From Eledone cirrhosa (Eukaryota), in NCBI GenBank assembly GCA_964016885.1, contig OZ024740.1:230206001-230270000 (forward strand): a stretch of DNA of 64,000 bases. Reading direction: 5' to 3'. Within the stretch, counting starts at the first letter, position 1. The number at the start of each line of letters is the position of its first letter. The notes beneath the pieces are model-generated. The model made no database searches. It saw only the letters and a program-made list of their open reading frames with translations, and was not told the DNA's origin. Shown here piece after piece: positions 1 through 12,810 of this stretch. The translations under genes were made by a program, and so were the position numbers.

Positions 1-125
1 AGAGTTGGTTCCGCGCAGGTGCAATCCCCACGATGGGGAGTGGCCTTTCCAGCGCGTCTGCCTCGTCCTCCTCTAGGGTAATGTCTTCACCAGTCTGGCC
101 GCCGGCACCACGAGACAGACTGACC
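1..125 (-). mobile_element. Fragment of a GC-rich interspersed repeat, probably an RTE-type LINE 5' UTR
   Basis: The reverse complement (ggaggacgaggcagacgcgctggaaaggccactccc...cacctgcg) resembles 32310-32372 (ggaggatggtaagggagatgcgctggaagggacattcc...cacctgcg). The family assignment is from recollection only. Confidence 0.4.
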
Positions 126-161
126 TTTAAATTTAATTTATGGTGGCGGCGTATGGATTTC

Positions 162-194
<33 letters not shown>

Positions 195-510
195 CATACA
201 TACATACAGACATACAGACATACATACATACATACATACATACAAAAATGTTGCATCTAATAACTGCATATACACAAGTACAGATACAAAGCACACATAC
301 AACTCAAAACATACACATCCACACATACAATAACATCCATACCTACACATGCATGCATGCAGACATGCAGACATATCTACCTAGTTGATGTTCTGTAAAT
401 TCCAATGAGAGAGTCTTGTAACTATGTTAGAAACCGACTCTCTATTGGCAAAAAATTGTGAAATTATAAAACCAGAAGAACATACATACACACGTACATA
501 CATACATACA

Positions 511-2409
511 TTTGATAGTGTACCTCATGGGTGGATTGTTAAGGCTTTACAGTTAGCCAAAGTCCCACAACCACTGGTAGCTGCTGTTGAACGTCTGACC
601 AAGAACTGGTACACCAATTTGATGCTTAGAGGTGAGAAGGAGCAGATTAAGACTGATAAGATACATTACCAGAAGGGCATCTTTCAGGGTGATAGCTTGT
701 CAGTGCTACTCTTCGTTCTCTCACTAAATCCACTATCTTACCTACTCAGGAAACAAGGTGGACAAAGAAGTGGGCCCAGAAGTATCTCCCATCTTTTCTT
801 TGTTGATGACCTGAAGTTGTATGGGCCAAATATCAATGACATCAAGAAACAATTGGACCTCATTACACAATTTTCAACAGACATCAAAATGAAATTTGGT
901 AAGTCCAAGTGTGCATATTTGCAGTAAAACGTGGAAGGGCTGTGCTCTCCTCTAGAAATCTAGAGATGAACGGCCTGACAATAAAACCTCTACAGTAAGG
1001 TGACAACTACAGATATCTTGGGCAGGATGAGAATGTCAGATATGATGGATCCATAAATAAGGAGAGAACCAGAACTGAATACCTCAGAAGAGTAAAGAAA
1101 ATATGGTCATCAGAACTGTCAACGTACAACAAATACATTGCCCACAATACTTATGCTGTGCCAATTCTAACGCCAACATTTGGCCTGCTGAACTGGTCAT
1201 TGCAAGAACTAAGTGAGATGGATGTTAGAACTCGCAAACTTCTCAGTGTTACTGGGAACTTTAACATCAATGGTGATGTGGATAGGCTATACTTCTCACG
1301 CAAGGAAGGTGGCCGGGGTCTAAAATCCATATTAACATCATATGAGACCCGGATAGTAACACTGAAGCAACACCTGCAACAGGAAAAAGGTTGGCAACCA
1401 TCTTGTCCAGGTTTATGAGCATGAAAAAAAATATATCATTAGAATAGCGACTGATCTGGAGGAGAGATATGGAATAAAGCCTGATATAAATCTCTCACCC
1501 AGAGAAATCGGAAGATCCTATTCAATGTTCAAACAAGATGAAAAAATTGACCAATTTACAGAGAAAGTTGTGCATGGATACTTGAGACGTAAAACACAGA
1601 CCATAGAGGCGATAAACCACTCAAAAAGCATGGCATGGAGTTCCGACAGGTTTATGACATCACACCTTGAGGGATATCTCTATGCAATATAGGAACAAGA
1701 ACTCCCTACCAAATATCTGCTGCACAAAAGGGGAGGGCCATCAGCTGACAATAAATGTAGGCTATGTAAAACAAAGATTGAGGATGTAAGCCACATTGTT
1801 GCCAGCTGCGAAAGAATGTCATCTCGCTACTACCTCCCCATGAGACACGATGGGATAGCTAGAACCATCTGGAACGCACTTCGGAAAACAAAATTAACAA
1901 CAAACGAGGAGGAATATATTGAGACAGATGGCACTAAGGAATACTGGTGGAACTTGAAAATAAAAACTGCCACCAAATTAAAGCACAACCGGCCTGATAT
2001 TGTTGTTTGGGACCACAAATTGAAAACGTGTTCTGTTGTGGAGATCAGCTGCCCACTTGATGTAAACGTTGTCAGAAAAATACAGGAGAAGGAGCACATC
2101 TACGGACCATTGATGAGGAGTTTACAAATCCAGTATCCAAGATACACCTTTAGCTTCATACCCATCATTATTGGAGCTACGGGTTATATACCAACCCCCT
2201 TGGACCAAAGTATGACTGAACTTGGATTTGCGGACAAAGAGCGCAGCTCACTAATTCATAGTCTACAAATGGCTGCGATAGCTGGCACCTTCAAAATTTG
2301 CTAAACATTCTTGCGATTCAAGGGATGACAATTTCTTTTCTTTTACAACCTTGCCACCAGGAAGGTGGCCGTTCAAATAAATATACTCGAAATTAAGAGA
2401 AAGAGATAA
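511..2409 (+). mobile_element. 5'-truncated R4/Dong-like non-LTR retrotransposon (RT plus C-terminal RLE endonuclease), disrupted
   Basis: RT motifs FDSVPH, GIFQGDSLS and HLFFVDDLKLY. A CRLC..E...HIVASC zinc finger, then RHD and PDIVVWD..VEISCP..K..Y of a restriction-like endonuclease. In-frame stops near 925, 997 and 1690, and a frameshift near 1385-1420. Both junctions lie in (CATA)n. Confidence 0.88.
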
Positions 2410-2730
2410 CATACATACATACATGCATACATACATATCATACATACATTTCATACATTTCATACATACATAAGCTATATTCAATTTCATTAACACTTTT
2501 ATACTGCTGTTAACTTATGGACGCTGGCCAAGCTCCCGCTTCTCAACCTTGGGTTCCTGAGTTCGATACCATTGCAATCTAAGGCAAATGTACTTACCAT
2601 AGTCTAGGTTTGACACAAGCAATGTGAGTGAAATTTGTTTAATTGTGTGGATGTCCGTCAGATGGATTACACCTGTATTATAACCCCCCCCCCCCCCCCC
2701 CGACATAAACTAAATAACAATAACAACTAC

Positions 2731-2850
2731 ACAATGGTTTCTGATTTAGGCACAAGGACAACACTTGTTCGATTAAATGAACTCCAGTACATTACTGATA
2801 CTTTATTTTACCGATGAAATGCAAAGCTAACCTCGGCGAGATTTGAATTT
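2731..2850 (-). mobile_element. tRNA-derived SINE family 1, degenerate fragment
   Basis: Shares ggcacaagg...ccagtacattactg.tactttatttta...caaag.taacctcggcgagatttgaa with the copies at 3523 and 56734. Confidence 0.7.
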
Positions 2851-3167
2851 AAAGGTCCCACTTTGTCGCATATTGTGTCACGCTGATTCGACTTCTGGAT
2901 TACATAAGGGGTACACGTGTTTATGAAATACACAGCATTACATGTTATAATTCATGATTCGGACGTTCCGTTGATCGAATAACTGAATGCTCATCGTCGA
3001 AACCGACGGAGGATGAGTCATTGCTATCAGCTAATTCCTTCCACAGCAATAGATTTAATGGCAAAACCATACCACGTGATATTTTTATACTGAGACTTCT
3101 ATCTATAAAAATAAATGTGACTTTTTTTGTGCGTCTGTCTGCATGGCTCTCTGCCTGCACGCATAGT

Positions 3168-3484
3168 CCTGTAACTTCTAATGGAATTGCAAGGCGCTAT
3201 ATTGACATACGGCCTTTCTGGGGCATTTTTTTTAAAACCCAGGGGAGCCCATCTCTTCTCCAGGTCTGAATAGAGAGAGTGGGAGAATGGAAGTGAGAAA
3301 AATATATAGAGGAAGAATCGACCCTAGTACTAAACTGGTACCTTTTTTTATCGACCTCGAAAGAATGAAAGACAAAGATAGCCAAGGCGGGATTTTAACT
3401 CAGGGAGCAGAAAACCGCCGAAACGAATACTACAAAGCACTCTATCACTATCAGATGTTCTAAGGACTCGGCCAATCTGCCGCC
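3168..3484 (-). mobile_element. SINE family 2 (family-1 head and core with a different 3' tail)
   Basis: On the minus strand: A-box-like head tggccgagtccttagaac, B-box-like gagttaaaatccc, core ctttcattctttcgaggtcgataaaa..gtaccag, then tail cagacctggagaagagatgggctcc...gtcaatatagcgcc...agttacagg shared with 7842, 12468, 31442 and 33028. Confidence 0.8.
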
Positions 3485-3522
3485 CGGCATGGCTTCCTGT
3501 CATCAGGAAATATATATATATT

Positions 3523-3711
3523 ATAATTGTTTCTACTTTTTGGCACAAGGCCAGCAATTAACCACAGTGTATTACTGGTACTTTATTTTATCGACCCCGT
3601 AAGGATGAAGGGCAAAGTTAACCTCGGCGGGATTTGAACTCAGAATGGCAAGGGCCGTAACTCTATACGTCAAAGCATGGCGTCCGACCCTCTACCGATA
3701 CTGCCAATTCA
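3523..3711 (-). mobile_element. tRNA-derived SINE family 1 (Deu/Nin-like core)
   Basis: Minus strand reads ttggcagtatcggtagag...ctgagttcaaatcccgccgaggttaactttgcccttcatccttacggggtcgataaaataaagtaccag. Very similar to 11820, 32545, 49506 and 56734. Confidence 0.85.
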
Positions 3712-4089
3712 ATGAAGTGTTAAAGTAAATGGAGTGTAAAATTAAATATGTCGTTGCAAGTTCGTATCCTTCTCGCGACACGAAAAATATTTTGTCTTTT
3801 AACTGTAAGAGATTCGCACCACCACCTAGAATAGATGTTAAGAAGTATCCAAATTGGAATATCAACGAAAGTGCTGTGCTGGTCTGTTTCAATTATGCCT
3901 CTGCTTCATGCTGTTTTCATATCTAATCTTCGTCTGCATTGTATAGAAAATAAAGAAATAAATGCCGTTCTATTAAATTAATATATAAAAGGAACGATCG
4001 ACTTTCGTCAAATTGGACCGACGAAACAATGTTTCCGTTGGTTTTTCCAATTGCTAATACTATCTATCGGTCGTAACTCCAGGTAGAAG

Positions 4090-4199
4090 GAGCAACGTGA
4101 AATAAAGTGTCTTGCTCAAGGACATAACGCATCGCCCTGTCCAGGAATCGAACTCACAACCTTACGATTGCGAATCCAATTCTCTAACCACTCAGCCAC
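4090..4199 (-). mobile_element. CORE-type tRNA-headed SINE fragment
   Basis: Minus strand gtggctgagtggttagag (A box), gtgagttcgattcc (B box), then gtccttgagcaagacactttattt, a CORE-SINE-like motif. Confidence 0.7.
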
Positions 4200-4824
4200 A
4201 AATTAATATATATATATATGAATTACCCCCTCTCATCCCTCTCTCTCTCCTACCATACAACCCTGAATTACCCCCCCCCCCCTGCATATTAACTCTCTAA
4301 AAAGGGAGAACATATCCAACCCCAGACTTCCATTTGCCTCCATCATGGATCAACCAAGCGCTCTTGCCATAATAACACTTTTTGAACTGCTTATCCTCAA
4401 GAACTATGCCTGTAAATAATATTATTCTTTCTTTCCCATTACCTTATCATGTTCCAGATCACCCTTTTTTTTCGTTTTTCTTTTTACTTCAAAAACCTTG
4501 TTTGTAAATAATATTATTCTTTCTTTCCCATTTCCTTAACATGTTCAACATCACCTTATCTTCTCTCCTACATGTTATACCAATACAAATTCCCCCCCCC
4601 CCCTTGATAATGCATAAAATGTTAAAACCGGTAATAGACAATTATTAAATATATAAATAAATAAATAAATAAATGCTATTGTTAATTAATAAATAAACTA
4701 ATACCTTAACACTTCACACAATGTAAAATATTTTGTTTTAAACCATTTCTAACCCAGTAAAAAGAGAAAAAAATAAAGGAAAAAAAATATTTTTCTTCCT
4801 AATAATCAAATTTTTCTCCCTATT

Positions 4825-4857
<33 letters not shown>

Positions 4858-4861
<4 letters not shown>

Positions 4862-5377
4862 TTCGTATTTCTAAAGAAATACGGTTTTAGGAAGCCGTAG
4901 TTATGCAAACACCGGGGGGCTAACGCCCTCTGGTGTTGTCCAGCAGAAGCAAGGGGGACAACCATCTATGCATTTCAGGCTTGAGAGGCCTTCGCAGGAT
5001 GGTCCCTCGCACCGCTTGCTACTGCTGGACTTGAAAATAGTCGAGAATATATAGTTTTCTCGTCTGTGTAAATGAGGTAATTAATCTAATTTGCATATGA
5101 AGCTGCATAAGTTGGCTCAACTTACAATAGAACAGAAATAAGATTTCGCTTCAAGCATAGCTTCAAACATAGCTTCTCGACTCTTTTCAAGTCCAGCAGT
5201 AGCAAGAGGTGGGAGAGACCGTCCTGACGAAGGCCAGTCAAGCCTGAAATGCATAGACGGTTGTCCCCCTTGCTTCTACTGGACACCACCAGAGGGCGTT
5301 AGGCCCCCCCCCCCCCATCCCGGTATTTGCATAGCTACGGCTTCCTAAAACCGTATTTCTTTAGAAATATGAAATTT
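4858..5377. repeat. Foldback element with ~190-bp inverted arms (4858-5047 / 5174-5377), Penelope-like
   Basis: The arms are near-exact reverse complements, both carry a hammerhead motif, and the element is flanked by (TA)n. Confidence 0.9.
5217..5262 (+). ncRNA. Minimal type I hammerhead ribozyme
   Basis: GACCGUC-CUGACGA-AGGC(caguca a)GCCU-GAAA-UGCA-UA-GACGGUU. Stem I is 7 bp, the core is intact, stem II is 4 bp and stem III is a short palindrome. Predicted cleavage is after 5255. Confidence 0.85.
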
Positions 5378-5433
5378 CTATACATATTGTATAAAGCTAC
5401 GCTTGAGGCGAAATCTTATTTCTTTTCATATAT

Positions 5434-5544
<111 letters not shown>

Positions 5545-5567
5545 CATACATATATAATATATGTATG

Positions 5568-6050
5568 TCAGGTCGTTCTCGAATGTTACTGATAACATGT
5601 AACCCAGTACAACCTGTCTCATGGTAAGGTCGTCGGCGACTAAACCGGCAACCCCATCAAGTTTGTTTGGTGAGGAGGGTGATATCTGAACACCCTGTGG
5701 GATGAAATACAAGATCCGGCAAAGTGCAGAGCAACTCAACAGAGTCAACGGGCATTCAAATAGTAGTTTTCTTTTTGTTGGTTTATTCACCTGGGAGTGA
5801 AAGGCCCCCAGTTGTTGTCACAACACCTTTCTAAGAGAGGGAAAACCCGTGGCTTCGGAAGCATCCGATGATATTGACCAGTTCTTCTTTTCGGGAAGTG
5901 TTTTCGATGCTCAGAGAGTGGGATTGGTCGAGTGTAAGGTTTGCCCCACTTAAAACACCTTCAACTCACAGGCATTGCTTGTTCAGGATCGTGTGGTTGG
6001 CCGTAGCCTAAAAGTGCACCATTTTCTGTAATCTGACAAGCGATTGCAAT
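5568..6050 (+). mobile_element. Interspersed repeat, probable RTE-clade LINE 5' UTR (copy 1)
   Basis: Colinear with 63505-63905 (taacatgta.cccagtacaacctgtctcatggt..ggtcgt.ggcgactaaac.ggcaacccc...gagagtggga.tgg...cacaggcattgct). Both copies follow a TATG-rich tract. Confidence 0.6.
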
Positions 6051-6089
6051 AATCTTAGCAGAGTTTGCATCAATCATACACACACACAC

Positions 6090-6171
<82 letters not shown>

Positions 6172-6174
<3 letters not shown>

Positions 6175-6308
6175 TTTATCCCGGGTTCAATCAGAGGTAA
6201 CCACAGTAAGTAAGGAACTCAATACATAGCAGAGTATAAATATTTAATATAGAAATGGCTTCTACAGGACTAGAACTGTTTCATTCGGGAGAAATCATCA
6301 GTTCTAGA
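6172..6308 (-). mobile_element. Penelope-like terminal fragment, family A, with a hammerhead-like core
   Basis: Nearly identical to 35196-35306 apart from one internal indel. Minus strand ctgatgatttctcccgaatgaaacagttctag. Abuts (TA)n. Confidence 0.65.
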
Positions 6309-6312
6309 CATT

Positions 6313-6411
<99 letters not shown>

Positions 6412-6817
6412 CGAGATAATCTTTAGCTCTAGCAGACTGCAATCTATATTAAATCGGATTACACTTAGTTCGGATTAAACTAGATCTATTTTAATTATTC
6501 TAATAATATTCCTTTATTTGTTTTAAAGAATAGCACTTGATGACGACTTGAAATTCATCTTGTAAAAAATAAAACGAAAATTCATTTGTAAAAAAAAAAT
6601 ACAAAAAAGCAATGAAGTAATTTTTTAATGAGTTTTCAATTATCTTCGTTCGTAATTCTAGAAGTCTGTTTTTTGTGTTACTTCTTCAATGTAGTTAAAT
6701 CTCGTTGATTGTCGTTCAACGCCATTCATTCACACCTAAATCTATCACTAGATCTATCTGTCGGAATACGGAATATCATTGCACTACTTATCTCTCACTC
6801 TCTCCCTCACTCTTTCA

Positions 6818-6861
<44 letters not shown>

Positions 6862-6932
6862 TTATATATATATATACCTACATACATACATATATATACA
6901 TACACATATACACACACACACACACTCACACT

Positions 6933-7031
<99 letters not shown>

Positions 7032-7195
7032 CGGCCTAGTATTTGCTTTTTCTTTCTAACTTCAAATTTTAAATGCTGTATTACACACATACACACACGG
7101 ACAAAAGAGGCGTGGAGGTGTGAGAAGATACCAGAGGATGGAAGGAGAAAAGAGAAAGGTTGTAAGAAAGAAAGAAAGAAAGAAAGGAAGAAAAA

Positions 7196-7267
<72 letters not shown>

Positions 7268-7342
7268 AAAGTGGGAGAAAAAGAAAAAAATGGAGCATGT
7301 AAAAAGATGGAGAAAGCGGCAGAGAAGAGAAAGAAAGAAGGA

Positions 7343-7398
<56 letters not shown>

Positions 7399-7841
7399 AG
7401 ACAGAAAGAAAGAAAGATAGAAGGAAAGAAAGAAGAAAAGAAAGAAAGATAGATGGAAGGAAAGAAAGAGTAGGAAAATAAATAGTGAGAGTGAATTAGC
7501 CTGTAACTATTTTGGAAGAACCACTCAACATGTAATTCCTTCTGAAGAAGTGTCCACTTCAGATTCTTCGAAGCTTAAAGAAAATACTAAATACATATAA
7601 CCATAACTTGCCCGCAGAGCAATTATTTGCTGCATCTATTAGACTAGTGACTTTCAATGAGTCATGTATATTTATCTATATATACGTATCTCTGTGTATC
7701 TTCTCTTATGCTATTATTCTTTCACTGCTTTCAGGGCATAGAATTTAGCGTATTTTAATTGATCATAGCGACAACAGTTCTCTGGTGCACTAATTCTATC
7801 ACAGTAAATTCATATATGAATCCATATGGTGTGGATATAGA

Positions 7842-8240
7842 CCCGTAACTTCTGAAGAAGTCGTAGGGGCGCCATATTGACATACGGGTTTTCTAGGGCA
7901 TTCTTAAACCTGACGGAGCCCATACCATCTCCTATGGTGAAATTCACCTCCTGATATGTTGTATAATGCATGCATGGTCCCGTAACTCCTGAGGGAGTCG
8001 TAGGGGCGCCATGTTAACATACCGTGTTTCTAGGATATTTATAAACCTGGCGAAGGCCATACCCTCTCAGAGCCTGAGTACAGCAGAGAAGAATACTGAG
8101 TAAGAGAAAGAAATTGAGAAAGGAATATAGAGGCAGTACTAGACTGGTACTTTTTTATCGACCTCGGATGGATGAACGGCAAAGTTGAGCTCGGCGGGAT
8201 TTGAACTGAGATAACAGAGCCAGGACAAATTCTAACGACT
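7842..8240 (-). mobile_element. SINE family 2 with a duplicated tail segment
   Basis: The tail ccgtaact.ctga.g.agtcgtaggggcgcca..tt.acatac occurs twice (~7843 and ~7980), followed by core and head. Confidence 0.75.
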
Positions 8241-8654
8241 TCAATATACACTATGAATATACACTAAGTTTATTCAGTCTTGTTGTGACTATTTTAAGCT
8301 GTGCTCTTGTCACAGTTATCTCAGCATCAAGGTAAGAGTGGTGGATGTATTTTATTGTGATCAGCACTGGCTTACATATGCTCAGGTATTGAGGTATGAA
8401 AGACGATGTCTTCTTAAAGATTTTGTAAACAAAGTTGAGAAGAAATTATCTTCCACACCTCAGCATCTGAACGTAAATAAGCGAATAATGACGAACTTTA
8501 ACGATAGTGAAATACATCCACCGGTCTTTCTATGACTAAAAGTAGTCATGTCTATCATCATTGTGTCCTTTCTTTTTTAAAGATGATAGTGTGTGTTTTG
8601 AGAGAATTTGGCTGACATTACAAGCATGTTCAGCGACTGCGTTGGGGATCATTC

Positions 8655-9045
8655 GTAAAATCTCTTTCGTAGCGTCTCCTTCGTAGAGACTCCTTGGTAG
8701 GTCTCCTTCGCAAAGTCTCCTTCGTAGACTACTTCTTATAAACTCCTTCATAGAGAAACCTAGGTAAAATCTCCTTCGTAAAGACTTCTTCGTAGAGACT
8801 CCTTCATAAAGTCTCCTTAGTAAAGTTTCATTCGTAAAGTTTCCTTCGTAGCGTCCCTTTCGTAGTCTCCTTCGTAAAGTCTCCTTCGTAAAGTCTCCTT
8901 TGTAAAGACTCCTTTGTGAAGTCTCATTCGTAAAGTCTCCTTCGTAAAATCTCATTCGAAAAGACTCCTTCACAGAGTCTCCTTCGTAAAATCTCATTCG
9001 TAAAGTCTCCTTCGCAGGGGCTCCTTCGTAAGGACTCCTTCAAAG
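8655..9045. repeat. 14-bp minisatellite (gtctccttcgtaaa)n, roughly 28 diverged copies
   Basis: Direct periodicity is visible. It sits at the tail of a dispersed repeat that begins near 8545. Confidence 0.85.
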
Positions 9046-10068
9046 AGGCGCTTTCGTTGAGTTGCCCGACCAACAGTTGAAAGTATTGATTATATTTGGC
9101 TTATCTATGAAACGGGTGGTATTCTGACGAAATATTCTATCTAGAATGTGAAGACATCTGATAAATGTACCGTCTCCACATAGCTAGGAATATTTCTCTC
9201 GAGCTTTGTAAAGTGAACAATTACTCTTGTTATTGTTGTTGATGCTGATGTTGTTCTTCTTAGTCTTCTCCTCCTCCTTCTTCTACCTCCTCCTCCTCCT
9301 CCTCCTCCTCCCCATTCTTCTTCTTCTTCTTCTTCTCCGCCTCCCCCTTCTCCTCCTCATTCTTCTTTTCTGCTTTTCACCACCCCTCATCCTTCTTCTA
9401 CCTCCTCCTCCTCCTCCTCATTCTTCTTCTTCTTCTTCTTCTTCTTCTTCTTCTTCTTCTTCTTCTTCTTCTTCATCTTTTCTTTTGCTTCTTGTTTAGG
9501 CATATGTCTCACTTGTCGAACCAAGTCGTCCCGGCCTTTAACATTCTATCTTACTGTATATCAACAACTACTTTAACTAACACGTTTTTTTCCTTTTCTT
9601 TTTAACGATAGAGTATGGTTTGTGGGGGAGATATGGCTACTAATTCTAACAAGTGGAGTAACGGCGTAGCAGCTTACTCATTGACGTGTGATAATAGCCA
9701 ATAATCATTTAGGGATCACCACTAAAGGTTAAAGGGATTTTCTAAAGGCTTAAGAATGTCTAAGGAACGTGATTGTTTGGATAACATACGTCTGTTATCT
9801 CTAGAAGCTGTGTAATATGACGGCTTCAGCCTGGTGACGTCCGTCGCTCCCATGTCAATAATTGGTGCAGGCTGATTGTTGTTTTGCAGGGAGGGTTAGA
9901 GTATGGTTTAAAGGGCGTGTTAGGATTTTAATTTATATCTCGTGCAATATCTGTCTGGTGGGTAGGTGGTGGTTGATTGTAAGATTAGAGTTTATGTTTA
10001 CTTGAGATCGCAGATAACAAGGGCTTGGTATAGATTTGTTTCGTTCAAGTTAAGGTAATTGATGGTCA

Positions 10069-10446
<378 letters not shown>

Positions 10447-10558
10447 ACTGAAAACATACCCCTTTCTGTGTTTTCTTCTCTATATACTGTATTATGAAGA
10501 GCCCAGAAATTATTCCTTGAACACATAAAATAACAGAGGATTAACTTCATTTGATATG

Positions 10559-10605
<47 letters not shown>

Positions 10606-10845
10606 AGTTCATTCTGTCATTACCACAGCAGAGCTCCGACGAGCTTTTGATTCCAGAGTCGAGCTAGATTGATACAGATCGAATCGTGAGCTGATCGATA
10701 GCAAAACGACGCGCGTCACTGCTCAATAAACGTAACTCTGCTTAGTTCTACACCTCTACATCGATTGGAAACTACGCATCGAGTGCTCGCTCTGGTGAAG
10801 CTACTGTAACTGGACATTAAATTCCCTATATATATATATATATAT

Positions 10846-10995
10846 TCGTAAGAAATATTCTTCCAAATTGAAACAGTGCTCGTCCTGTAGAAGTCATTTC
10901 TATAAAAAGAAATTAAAATCGTTAGACGCTACGAACGTTTTGAGAACCTCTTTTAACTGTGGTCACCTCCCGATATACATCGGGAATTCGCTTAT

Positions 10996-10997
<2 letters not shown>
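10846..10997 (+). mobile_element. Penelope-like terminal fragment, family A (degenerate)
   Basis: gaaacagtgctcgtcctgtagaagtcatttc...ttttaactgtggtcacc is shared with family A copies. Confidence 0.55.
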
Positions 10998-11061
<64 letters not shown>

Positions 11062-11819
11062 CACGTTGACGCACCATAACAGAATGTTTAAGAAACTCGC
11101 TTCGGTATCATAAGTGCTGCGCAGGATGTGGCAGAAAATATCCAAAGATTTAATTCAAATTTTTCTAAGACTATTTCTGGTAGATAGATCGTTGTGAAAA
11201 TTTGCAGTATAGAGTAAAGACTTTAATGTTTAATATGATGTAGTCATAATGATGTTTTGTACTTTTCGAGACTGTGGTTATATGCAGTACAGGACGTTAA
11301 GAGTTAATGAATCGAGTGGAGGATGCGGTGACAATATTTTATTCTGGGGGGATATTTCGTGTTCGGAGATACAGAAGACAGATTGTCAAGAAAGAGAAAG
11401 GCACATGGCAAAGGAAGACACGTAGACTGAATATTTTATACACACACACACACATGCAGAGGGAGAGAGAGTGGGGAGAAACGCATAGAATAACCTTCAC
11501 ATAAAAAGACAGAAGTTATGTAACCAAGGTTTGTGAGCGAAATTGGGTAGATGAAAACTGTTTGTAAGCCCGTCAGATGGAGTAATTGAACAGTAATTCA
11601 AAAGGCCAGCCCCCTGGAAATTACGTTATGGCTACACGTGTCTGTGACATACCTAGTTACTTACTTGTTAATTTCATGAATTGGCTGATCCGATGATTGT
11701 TGCCATATTACTAATGAAATACATATCAAGAATTTGGAAGGATTTAGTAACTTATTTAACTTTCTCATTTTTAAGCTGATGTTTGGAATATAAGTTAACA
11801 AAAGTTCTTATATAAACGT

Positions 11820-11995
11820 ATAATTGTTTCTACTTTTGGCACAAGGCCAGCAATTACTGGTACTTTATTTTATCGACCCCACAGGGATGAAAGACAAAGT
11901 TAACCTCGACAGGATTTGAACTCATAATGTAAAGGGCCATAACTCTATGCTGCAAAGCATGGTATCTAACGCTCTACCGATACTACCAATCCACA
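11820..11995 (-). mobile_element. SINE family 1, inserted into an older repeat
   Basis: Full family-1 sequence. gtataat on both sides (11818 and 11996) is a possible target-site duplication. Confidence 0.82.
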
Positions 11996-12152
11996 GGTAT
12001 AATGGAGGATATTTAGATAAATATAAATATTTTTAAATAAACAGCTTTGTATATTAAAACCAAATGCGGTCAGTCTTTATCAAATGAATATCTTATCAAG
12101 GTTAATACTGTCTTTATATTTGATACTGGGTCTATATAGAATTATAATATCT

Positions 12153-12416
12153 CAGTGTTTCCAAAAATGGGTTCCGATGAACCCCGGAGTTCTGTGAACG
12201 AGATAAGACGCCTTTTAACAACATTTTATTAAATATATATTGTATGTTGTTGTTTTTTTATGTGAGTAAATTATCTCAAAAGCAAAGTTTTGTTTCATTT
12301 AATGTATTATTAAGATATGGATGGTAGGAAATAATCCATAAAAAACAAGTGTGGATTCCGATATTTTCGGGAAATCGCATAAGAATTCCGTGGAAAAATA
12401 ATTTGGAAAACCACTG
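12153..12416. mobile_element. hAT-like MITE
   Basis: Imperfect terminal inverted repeats cagtgtttccaaa / tttggaaaaccactg and internal gg.ttccg subterminal motifs. No clear 8-bp TSD. Confidence 0.55.
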
Positions 12417-12467
12417 CATTATGCAAAGTATTCAACCATTTTTAAGATGGTAGTGGCAGTTGATAAA

Positions 12468-12810
12468 GCGGCTAATTGGTAGAATCGTTAGAACATCGGA
12501 TAGAATGCTTTAAGGTATACTTTTCGGCTCTTTGAGTTCAAATCCCACCAAGGTCAACATTGCCTTTCATCAATTCGAGGGCGATAAAAAAAGTATCAGT
12601 TTAGTACTGGGGTCGATTCTTCCTCTATATCACTTTTTCACTTCTATTCTCTCACTTTATCTTTCTCCGGAAATCTGCTGTACTCAGACCTGGAGAGATG
12701 AGCTCCGCTATGTTTTAAAAGATACCCTAGAAGGGCCGTGTGTCAATACGATGGCCCTACGACTCCCTCAGTAGTTACGGGAGCATGCATGCATGCAGTG
12801 TGTCATTCGA
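12468..12810 (+). mobile_element. SINE family 2, near full length
   Basis: Head ttggtagaatcgttagaac, B box gagttcaaatccc, core gcctttcatcaattcgagggcgataaaa, tail cagacctggagagatgagctcc...gtcaatacgatggccctacgactccctcag. Confidence 0.82.

Noticed and set aside
3600-3711. tRNA genes at A/B-box motifs (also 4140-4199, 12470-12550)
   Set aside because: They are SINE heads. No cloverleaf can be folded and they continue into SINE cores.
6705-7481. 258-aa and similar long ORFs (HT, YI, CV, ER, KKER, LS repeats) throughout the window
   Set aside because: They are translations of (CA)n, (TA)n, (GA)n and (AAAG)n microsatellites with no domain content.
8655-9045. CRISPR-like array or 153-aa ORF
   Set aside because: Tandem 14-mers without unique spacers, no cas genes, and a eukaryotic context.
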